A stretch of DNA of 64,000 nt. Source: an uncultured virus (IMG/VR IMGVR_UViG_3300031087_000513) (Duplodnaviria > Heunggongvirae > Uroviricota > Caudoviricetes). The DNA lies in IMG/VR virus record IMGVR_UViG_3300031087_000513; one strand, 5' to 3'. The position numbers and the translations under genes are program-made. The notes beneath the pieces are model-generated. The model was given only the letters and a program-made list of their open reading frames with translations, searched no databases and was not told where the DNA came from. Positions within the stretch are counted from its first letter, which is position 1; each line of letters starts with the position of its first letter. Shown in pieces: positions 56,931 through 64,000 of the stretch.

Positions 56931-57674
56931 ATGAAGTCACCGCAAACATTAGCTAACCCTCGAGGCAAGTGTACGAAGAAGAACCCTCGCCTATGCCGTT
57001 TGCATGGCAAAAAATACATTGAGCTCACTAACTTCCGCAAACAAGTTGCTGACCGTGAAAAAGAACTGGAGTTCCAGCGGTTCACTACACCCGACTTTGC
57101 TGCGTCTTGGAAAGTCAAAGAAGAAAAAGACGGGACAACAACAGCATCTGTCTACCGGTCAGGTGTTCCTTCAGCTCCGAAAGAGCGTAAAATAGAAGCA
57201 GGTCATTACTCCCGAGCAGATGCTCTCCGCCCAGAAGGTCGTCAAGGCCGGACTGATGGAGTATTTGCTTCACCTACATTGGGTGGAGTATGTCGCTGGG
57301 TCAAAGGAAATTACTACACAAACGTTCCTGACGTGCGAGTGCGAGAATTACGCGTAGATGTAGACAACACATATGTTTACTCAGTCAACTCTTGGGAGCG
57401 CGCTTCTAGCTGGGACACAGAAGAAGAGTACAAGAAGTTTTGGGACACTGGTATCACCCTTCGTGAGTACATGAAGCGAGCAAAAACTGACCCGCGTACA
57501 TACGACCCGCAGAATTGGGAGTTGCTCATCAAAGAGGGAAACATTCGTTCTGCGAAACCTGTCGGAGCTGAACGAGCTGCATCCTTTGAATACTCCTCTG
57601 GTGACCATTCTGAGGTTACGAAGATACTCAAAGAACCTCTTCCTACCTCTGAGCAATTATCTCGTCGTCGTTGA
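56931..57674 (+). CDS. possible R-S-E ADP-ribosyltransferase-fold protein
   Basis: VYRSG, GVFASPT, ELRVD, WELLI in ART-like order; N-terminal C-x7-C-x2-HG. Confidence 0.55.
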   Translation: MKSPQTLANPRGKCTKKNPRLCRLHGKKYIELTNFRKQVADREKELEFQRFTTPDFAASWKVKEEKDGTTTASVYRSGVPSAPKERKIEAGHYSRADALRPEGRQGRTDGVFASPTLGGVCRWVKGNYYTNVPDVRVRELRVDVDNTYVYSVNSWERASSWDTEEEYKKFWDTGITLREYMKRAKTDPRTYDPQNWELLIKEGNIRSAKPVGAERAASFEYSSGDHSEVTKILKEPLPTSEQLSRRR

Positions 57675-57711
57675 TTCAGAGTTGCCGATAACGCTGGTAG
57701 GAGGAACATTA

Positions 57712-57945
57712 ATGATTCTGGTCACGGAGCAAGGCAAAGAAGCGCAACGCAAGTATGACGATTATGTGCAGTTAATTAGTCGTGAGATGCTACTATACAT
57801 GGAAGTAGGTGTGGAATATACTCCAACGGATTTCCTAGAGTGGTTTCATGAAGAAAATGATCGATTAGTTCGTGAAGCAATGTGGCTGTTACTATCCCGA
57901 AATTTTATTCAAATGACCTCCAACAGGAAAATGCGTCGGATTTGA
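57712..57945 (+). CDS. small winged-helix-like protein
   Basis: VREAMW-LL----IQMT tail; SD AGGAGG. Confidence 0.6.
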   Translation: MILVTEQGKEAQRKYDDYVQLISREMLLYMEVGVEYTPTDFLEWFHEENDRLVREAMWLLLSRNFIQMTSNRKMRRI

Positions 57946-58012
57946 AAGACTCATTTACCAGAAGCTTCCGATACTAGAGTATGTACATATTTTCAACTAT
58001 TGAAGGCTTTTC

Positions 58013-58978
58013 ATGCTTAGGCAGATCAACCAAACTCTCCGCAGCAGTCGCGCAGCTGTTGACTTAGCAACCATTATCGTCGGTGTTGTCGTCATCGGGA
58101 TCATCGGCGCGGTTTCTGCTGCAACTATTTTCGCTCTTGTTCCCTGGATGCAAGACCGTTCAGCAAAGCAACGTCTATCCAGTGTGTCCATTGCAGAGAA
58201 CTCCTATAAAGGAGCTTACGATACGTACGGTTATGACCTCTCTGATATCCTCGACATCAAGACTCTGGCAGTAGACAAAATCCGCATCCAGTCAGACAAC
58301 AAGACCTGTTATGCCGCATTCTCTAAGTCTTCAACTGGAAACTATTTTTACAACACTTCCTCAACAACTGACCCACAAACATTAGGGAAGACCTGGCCAA
58401 CAACTAAGCCTGCGAATTACCCAGCAGGATGTACTTGGCCAAGCAGCTGGGACGCTTCAATTATCCATTCCACGGGAAATCTCAATCTTGCTACTGACCC
58501 AGTGAAGATGACAGGTTGGTCTAACTCAGTCAACTTGCTCACTTCCACCTCAAGTGGCGTACCCTCGGGAAGTCCTCTTTCCGGGGTTATCAAGGTCAAC
58601 GGAACTGACAACCTGCCAGCAGGAGACTTGTCTTCTTATCCTTCAAGCGATACTTCCACTACTTGGAAAGTCAGCGGTTGGGTAGCTACTGACATAGATT
58701 CAGCTGACTTTACTTTTGGAGCATGGTATGGAACATATTCTTCACCTCCAGCAGGAGGATATGTCCGTGCACCCTTTACTATCAAAAAAACAGATGGCTG
58801 GACCTATTTTGAAACCAATGTTGGCATTAATACTATAAAAGATAATCCGAAAAACACTGCATGGTATGATTCAACTCAGTTGAACAAAAGCTGGAACTGG
58901 AGACCTTTCCTTGGGACAAACTCAGCAGGTCAAGGACATCTGTACGTAACAGGATTCCAAGTTTCCAAAGTAGGCTAA
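58013..58978 (+). CDS. pilin-like N-terminus with beta-rich C-terminal domain
   Basis: SSRAAVDLATIIVG...PWMQD--AKQ-L; paralogous N-terminus to 53588. Confidence 0.8.
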   Translation: MLRQINQTLRSSRAAVDLATIIVGVVVIGIIGAVSAATIFALVPWMQDRSAKQRLSSVSIAENSYKGAYDTYGYDLSDILDIKTLAVDKIRIQSDNKTCYAAFSKSSTGNYFYNTSSTTDPQTLGKTWPTTKPANYPAGCTWPSSWDASIIHSTGNLNLATDPVKMTGWSNSVNLLTSTSSGVPSGSPLSGVIKVNGTDNLPAGDLSSYPSSDTSTTWKVSGWVATDIDSADFTFGAWYGTYSSPPAGGYVRAPFTIKKTDGWTYFETNVGINTIKDNPKNTAWYDSTQLNKSWNWRPFLGTNSAGQGHLYVTGFQVSKVG

Positions 58979-58992
58979 TAAGGAATAGCAGT

Positions 58993-59271
58993 ATGAACGC
59001 ATGGGCTAAGTTTCGCAGATGGCGTGAACGGGAGAACTTCCGTCGTAACTATCTGTGGTTTCATAACCAAGCCGTCAAATACCAACATCTGATGCATAGA
59101 TATGATGCAACCATGACATGTGGCGATGACCCAATCACTCGCCTTATAGTAGCTGAACGAGAGGTTGAAAAGATTCGCATGGAGCAGCGATTCCATGACG
59201 TTCACTACTACAAAGGTCAGGATGTACTTGACCCTGACGTTCACTACCTGGTTGTCAACCGCCTATTCTGA
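58993..59271 (+). CDS. hypothetical protein
   Basis: SD AAGGA. Confidence 0.65.
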   Translation: MNAWAKFRRWRERENFRRNYLWFHNQAVKYQHLMHRYDATMTCGDDPITRLIVAEREVEKIRMEQRFHDVHYYKGQDVLDPDVHYLVVNRLF

Positions 59272-59318
59272 GACTCTAGGTTGCGACAACACCAAAGCTG
59301 TGCTACGCTAAGCATATT

Positions 59319-59519
59319 ATGAATAACGAAAAGAACGTGACCATCGAAGAGTCACTGAACGCAAACATCAACAAGTACGTCATCGTCAAGATGAAGAACG
59401 GGCGAGCAATCTCTGGAACGCTCACCAAGCTCAACGAGCAGTTCCGCATCAAGCTCGGTGTACAGTTCATTGAGGTGAACGCAGAGGACATCGCCCGCCC
59501 GCTCCGTCTCGGAGCCTAA
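59319..59519 (+). CDS. small Sm/LSm(Hfq)-like beta-barrel protein
   Basis: L---INKYVIVKMKNGRAISGTL resembles Sm1; monocistronic with own promoter and terminator. Confidence 0.55.
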   Translation: MNNEKNVTIEESLNANINKYVIVKMKNGRAISGTLTKLNEQFRIKLGVQFIEVNAEDIARPLRLGA

Positions 59520-59526
59520 TACTCAG

Positions 59527-59571
59527 AATGAAGAAGGCCCTCACAGTAGAAACTGTGAGGGCCTTCTTCAT
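59527..59571. terminator. bidirectional terminator
   Basis: ATGAAGAAGGCCCTCACAGT/ACTGTGAGGGCCTTCTTCAT. Confidence 0.85.
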
Positions 59572-59578
59572 GTTCTGC

Positions 59579-60064
59579 TTACTGAATTTCGTTATCAAAC
59601 GATGCAAGGAAGCTGGAATCCTGACCGATGATAGTCAGCTCGCCCATAAACGTATGCACAGAGCCACCTGCAATCAGCGTCTTGCTGGCATCCTCAGAAA
59701 TTTCCACTCCATACGTACTATTCAACCACGAACGCAAACTGGTAGCATCCTTATTCATCTTCACGCTCATTGTAGTGAAAGTCTTCTGCAAGAGGAGAAT
59801 TTTTACAACCAGAACCATCATTGCGCTCACAATGATAAACGCACCAAAAACCGTCACTAAGTATGTAGCGAGCGAGAATGTATGTAACCCATTAGCAAGG
59901 TCTTTGGCTCCCATCTTATCTACCGCGTACGAAATGAAGCTTGTACCAGCAGCCACGACAAGGAACATTAAATCAATCACAGCTAATAGTGCGCCCATGA
60001 TAAAACGAGTCTGAATCTTGTCTGCCTTTTTCAGCAACGTATCAGAGGTTTCAATTGATGACAT
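59579..60064 (-). CDS. two-TM membrane protein
   Basis: Two TM helices then WLNSTYGVEI. Confidence 0.75.
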   Translation of the reverse strand: MSSIETSDTLLKKADKIQTRFIMGALLAVIDLMFLVVAAGTSFISYAVDKMGAKDLANGLHTFSLATYLVTVFGAFIIVSAMMVLVVKILLLQKTFTTMSVKMNKDATSLRSWLNSTYGVEISEDASKTLIAGGSVHTFMGELTIIGQDSSFLASFDNEIQ

Positions 60065-60180
60065 AGAGTTTCTCCTTGAAAAATGAAATCCTCACTATGC
60101 TACTCTAACCAGTGCTCAAAGTCAAGCTGTAACAAAGGTTCCCCTTGTTAGAGCCATTGAACTCTGGTATGATGTAGTTT

Positions 60181-61707
60181 ATGACTGTTTCCGAATACGA
60201 GCAATTCTGCGATGAGCTGCGTCTTCTCCGCGATCAACGCTTGTTCACCCTTGATGCAATGAATCTTGCGGACTTTCATCCGTGGGAACACCATGTCATC
60301 CTGAGTGAGAAAAAGCATGACCTTGCAATCGTGCCACGCAAAACATGGAAACAGTACACTCAACGAGTTCGTCAGTCATCACTAACCAACCAGCAGAAAG
60401 AGTCACTGGTTTGGTGGGTAGCGAGCCTGCCAAGGGTGCGAGAAGAGCTGAATGAAATCCTCATGACCCATCCTCTCATGGCTCCTGCTATTACAGAATG
60501 GACCATTATTCAGGACACCCAGTTTGCATCTATTCAGGAATCAGTGATTCGTAATAGTGAAGCTGAAAAGAAGTCTTCTATTCCGCATACATTGCAGATA
60601 GTTACTGTCAATGAAGCACCCTACTTCATCACTGTCGAAAGCTTAAAGCAGCTTCGATATAAATTTGATGATAAAGCGCTCTTAGCTCAGAAGAAGAAGG
60701 GTATGCCATTCCTGGTGGGGAGTGCGTTTGAAGCCTGGTCTGATGAACGAGCTGCCCACTTTTTTGAAAGCTTTAATCCGCGACGAGCATTTGCGCCAGA
60801 AGACGTACTACCTGAGTTTTGGGAACAGGTTGCAGAGTATGAACTTGACATTGAAGCTAACTTACGACGCTTTGAGCATGACTTTCATGTAATGTTGAAG
60901 CACCCTGAAACAGGGGAAGTCTACTTCCTATTCAAGCATCACTACAACGATATTCTCAAAAGCTCTAACCATAAGTACTTCAGAAAAATACTCCACGTTG
61001 ATGAGCTGCGCCAAATTACTGACTCCTACATCATTGATAGCTATGTCTTTCTGATGCCGTACTTGATTCAAGAACCTCACTGGGAGGAAGCGGAAAGCCT
61101 GCTCAGCAGCATCCAGAGGCTTCACGACAACCTGTTGAGGGATGCATCTGATAAGCAGAACGTTCGTAAAGTGGATGAGTCAGCTTTCGTCAGTGAGGAC
61201 GTATATCAAAAATTCATCGGTGAAGTTTTTAACTTGCATGGAAACTTAGAGCAGTTTTACAAACCAAATGATTACTTCCTGTCCAACTACGTTGGTTACA
61301 CAGTAAGCTCTATGTTGAGCAAAACATTGCGGTACGCTAACCGAAAGTTTGTTCATGAAACAGAGGGGCGTAATGTCCGCAACAGCGCGTACAACAATGG
61401 AGGGAAACTGCTCGTGCCAACCTCCGAATTGTCTGTGGAGCGGTTAGCTGAGTTTTACGTGTGCGGACGTAAGAACAAGTACCAGTCAGCTGTTGACGCT
61501 TTAGTAGGACTTATTGCTTTACGAGGAAAACCTGAATCACAGGTATACAGCTGTGACTACTGTGACGGATACCATTACGGGGTTCGTGGTGAACACAATA
61601 AAACATTGAATCAGATTGCGTTCTCTGGCGAAGAACTGTACCCTCAAGAAGTTTGGCGGGCTAACCGATTCTTCTTAGGGCGAGAAACATTATCGCTTGC
61701 TGCTTGA
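60181..61707 (+). CDS. large hypothetical protein with C-terminal zinc-binding motif
   Basis: FYVCGRKNKY...VYSCDYCDGYHYG. Confidence 0.8.
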   Translation: MTVSEYEQFCDELRLLRDQRLFTLDAMNLADFHPWEHHVILSEKKHDLAIVPRKTWKQYTQRVRQSSLTNQQKESLVWWVASLPRVREELNEILMTHPLMAPAITEWTIIQDTQFASIQESVIRNSEAEKKSSIPHTLQIVTVNEAPYFITVESLKQLRYKFDDKALLAQKKKGMPFLVGSAFEAWSDERAAHFFESFNPRRAFAPEDVLPEFWEQVAEYELDIEANLRRFEHDFHVMLKHPETGEVYFLFKHHYNDILKSSNHKYFRKILHVDELRQITDSYIIDSYVFLMPYLIQEPHWEEAESLLSSIQRLHDNLLRDASDKQNVRKVDESAFVSEDVYQKFIGEVFNLHGNLEQFYKPNDYFLSNYVGYTVSSMLSKTLRYANRKFVHETEGRNVRNSAYNNGGKLLVPTSELSVERLAEFYVCGRKNKYQSAVDALVGLIALRGKPESQVYSCDYCDGYHYGVRGEHNKTLNQIAFSGEELYPQEVWRANRFFLGRETLSLAA

Positions 61708-62103
61708 TTGACTCAACCTTGTCATCACTCCGTCAGTGCTGAATGTTGCGATATCTCCTAATGAGATAGCATCCCAAGTTTGCCCCGGAACCTCAATAGT
61801 GTTCAGTTTGTCTTCCGCCTGAATGGTTATTGTGTAGCGTTCAGGAGTTGAAGTGTCTACACAACCTTCCCCGCACACCAACCCACCAGAAGGCTTATGG
61901 TAGTCCTTTGCTACCACTTCGCCAGACCATATTCGTGAATCTTCATACTCATTGTATTTTTGAGCATAGTAGCTGGCAGCTGTCAGGATGATAAGGGCCA
62001 GACATGAAAGAAGGGATACCATAACTACTGTGAGCATGGTATCCCCTGAGCCGTAGCTTGCACCCGGCTGACTATATTCTTCATTTTCATATGTGTTGTT
62101 CAT
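61690..62103 (-). CDS. single-TM protein with small beta-rich domain
   Basis: TM then GEVVAKDY...Y-I-I...W--I--GD. Confidence 0.7.
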   Translation of the reverse strand: MNNTYENEEYSQPGASYGSGDTMLTVVMVSLLSCLALIILTAASYYAQKYNEYEDSRIWSGEVVAKDYHKPSGGLVCGEGCVDTSTPERYTITIQAEDKLNTIEVPGQTWDAISLGDIATFSTDGVMTRLSQSSSKR

Positions 62104-62140
62104 ACACCTCTGATATCGGTTTAGAGCAACATATGAGGCA

Positions 62141-63232
62141 TCACTGATTGAAGAGTTCATCCTCCGCTTTTTGAACAAGCTCAGCATGTGTTGGAGGGTT
62201 TGCAGGAGCTCCCTCAGGACGCTTCTTCTCAAACTCTGTGCGCAGAGTAGGCAGAACATGCTCAGCCAGCATATCCATCTGTTCTAACACCATCTTCAAC
62301 GGGAGTCCCGCGTGATCGATGAGGAATTGTAAACGCTGTGCGTACCCAATATAGTCCTGGAAGGAAAGCGTACGGTCAATCACTTCCTGAGGTGAGCCAA
62401 CAGTCAGAGGAGTTTGAGAAGTGAAGTCCTCCAAAGAAGGACCATGACCGTATACAGGAGCATTGTCAAAATATGGTCGGAACTTCTTCACAGCATCCTG
62501 AGAGTTCTTATCCATGAACACTTGTGCACCAATACCAACAATGGCCTGCTCAGGAGTCCCATGACCATAGTGGGCGAACCGTTCACGATACAAGGCAATC
62601 ATTTGCTGAGTGTGCTCTGGGTTCCAGAAGATATGGTTATGGAAAAACGGATCGGCATAATAAGCAGCTTGTTCCGCAATCTCAGGTGAGCGAATACTTC
62701 CGTGCCAGACCAATGGTGGAACATCGTCTAATGGGCGAGGAGTAGAAGTGTACCCAACCAGAGGCGTACGGAATTTACCCTGCCAAGAGATTTCAGTCTC
62801 GCGCCACAGCTTGTGTAGCAGGTCATAGTTCTCAAAGGCTAAGTTCATGCTGTCTTGAATTTTCTTGCCGAACCAGGGGTAGACCTGCGAAGTATTTCCG
62901 CGGCCCATAACAAGGTCTAAACGCCCGTTTGAGAGGTGTTGAACCATCGCGTAGTCTTCTGCCAACAGAACAGGGTCATTCGTCGTGATGAGGGTTGTAG
63001 CAGTGGAGAGGATGATCTTGTCAGTCTTCGCTGCAAGGTAGCTCAACATTGGAATAGGTGATGCTACGAACGGTGGGTTATGATGCTCACCAGTAGCGAA
63101 GACATCAAAGCCCAGCTCTTCTGCATGCTGAGCGATGGTGAGTGTGTTCATGAGCTTTTCATGCTCAGTAGGGGTCTTGCCTGTGGTGGGATCAGTGGTA
63201 ACGTCTCCGACGCTGAATACTCCGAATTGCAT
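62141..63232 (-). CDS. LLM-class flavin-dependent oxidoreductase (CE1758-like)
   Basis: MQFGVFSVGD...GEHHNPPF...TTNDPV--AEDY...GRGN...WHGSIRS. Confidence 0.93.
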   Translation of the reverse strand: MQFGVFSVGDVTTDPTTGKTPTEHEKLMNTLTIAQHAEELGFDVFATGEHHNPPFVASPIPMLSYLAAKTDKIILSTATTLITTNDPVLLAEDYAMVQHLSNGRLDLVMGRGNTSQVYPWFGKKIQDSMNLAFENYDLLHKLWRETEISWQGKFRTPLVGYTSTPRPLDDVPPLVWHGSIRSPEIAEQAAYYADPFFHNHIFWNPEHTQQMIALYRERFAHYGHGTPEQAIVGIGAQVFMDKNSQDAVKKFRPYFDNAPVYGHGPSLEDFTSQTPLTVGSPQEVIDRTLSFQDYIGYAQRLQFLIDHAGLPLKMVLEQMDMLAEHVLPTLRTEFEKKRPEGAPANPPTHAELVQKAEDELFNQ

Positions 63233-63362
63233 TTCCTTCTTCTTTCTATGCGTTTGCATAGACTATAACTGTGGTCATATGTTTTCTATTCCCATGAATC
63301 CTTTACATTTAGAAAAGAATGCGATAGAATAGTGAACATAGTTTATCAGAAAGCAGCAGACG

Positions 63363-63989
63363 ATGGATATGAACAAAGCATTAGACGGAATGACGGATCA
63401 TGATAAGGACCTCGTTAAGCAGTTCCTTTTCGCGCTACAACAGCCTGACAGTCGTTCTGTTCAAATTGAGCTGATTCGTTCAACCGCTGCAACTGGGGAT
63501 CGTCTCTCTATTGAAACTTTGGACGGACGAAATCTGCTGGACCGCACACCTGAGGAGCAAGCTGCTTACGAGAAGTTCATGAGTGAGTCGTTGCCTTCAC
63601 AGGGAATCATTGTTGACTCAGCTTCGGAACTGCATGAAGTGGAAGATAATTACGGGGATGAGGCAGAGTTCAATCGCTATGAGAATGACGATGAAGTTCG
63701 CATTGAATTCCCTCGTTTAAGCGGTTCGCCGACAGCTGCCCAGTACCTCATGAATGATTACCCGAAGAACCTTGCGAACAAGAAGGTCATTCTGCTGGGG
63801 CGGAACGTTGTTGATGCAAGTGCACTCTTCTGCGATGAGCTTATCCGCCAGTTACAACTTCGTCGGGCAAAAGAAGTTGTCCTCATCGCCTTCCCTGAGT
63901 CTGTGATTGCTGACCTGGAGGAAGCAGCTACAAGAAGAGGACTGACTCATGTCCGTACTGGCTCTGTCGAAGACCTACGATTGAAGTGA
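63363..63989 (+). CDS. protein with C-terminal STAS-like (DUF4325-like) domain
   Basis: V-L-G--V--AS--F-DELI--L pattern. Confidence 0.6.
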   Translation: MDMNKALDGMTDHDKDLVKQFLFALQQPDSRSVQIELIRSTAATGDRLSIETLDGRNLLDRTPEEQAAYEKFMSESLPSQGIIVDSASELHEVEDNYGDEAEFNRYENDDEVRIEFPRLSGSPTAAQYLMNDYPKNLANKKVILLGRNVVDASALFCDELIRQLQLRRAKEVVLIAFPESVIADLEEAATRRGLTHVRTGSVEDLRLK

Positions 63990-64000
63990 AGAAAGAAAGA

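Noticed and set aside
1..64000. CRISPR array, tRNA, rRNA or DGR
   Set aside because: No regularly spaced repeats, tRNA cloverleaf with T-loop consensus, rRNA or reverse transcriptase seen by eye; a tRNAscan/Infernal run is still advisable.
1..64000. Alternative genetic code
   Set aside because: Known families are full length under code 11; the only in-frame TGA noted is in the decayed tnpA.

Overview
Gene-dense accessory region (about 110 mostly short ORFs, moderate GC, roughly 45-50% by eye) of what looks like a large actinobacterial mobile element (jumbo phage or giant plasmid). No capsid, terminase, replication, rRNA, tRNA or CRISPR feature is visible, so the element type cannot be settled here. 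Host inference rests on an actinobacterial-type LCP protein, a polyprenol-phosphate mannose synthase, a luciferase-like monooxygenase, and many sigmaA-like promoters followed by leaderless starts. Recognisable genes: NADAR, Pol-beta-like nucleotidyltransferase, SprT protease, DUF4031, HAD phosphatase, GNAT, LicC-like cytidylyltransferase, LCP, M23 peptidase, Ppm1-like GT2, an IS607-family element (deleted tnpA, intact tnpB), DUF3307, HNH, AIM24, SAM methyltransferase, two atypical pilin-like proteins and an LLM oxidoreductase. The rest is dominated by tandem paralog arrays. The most notable unannotated signals are RNA-level: (i) two paralogous MSRT-KD-PYWV genes, each behind a uORF and a four-segment translational attenuator with conserved pairing; (ii) several standalone promoter-hairpin ncRNA cassettes, one with two anti-Shine-Dalgarno loops; (iii) a small Sm/Hfq-like ORF. 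Protein family calls are from motif recognition by eye, not database searches.
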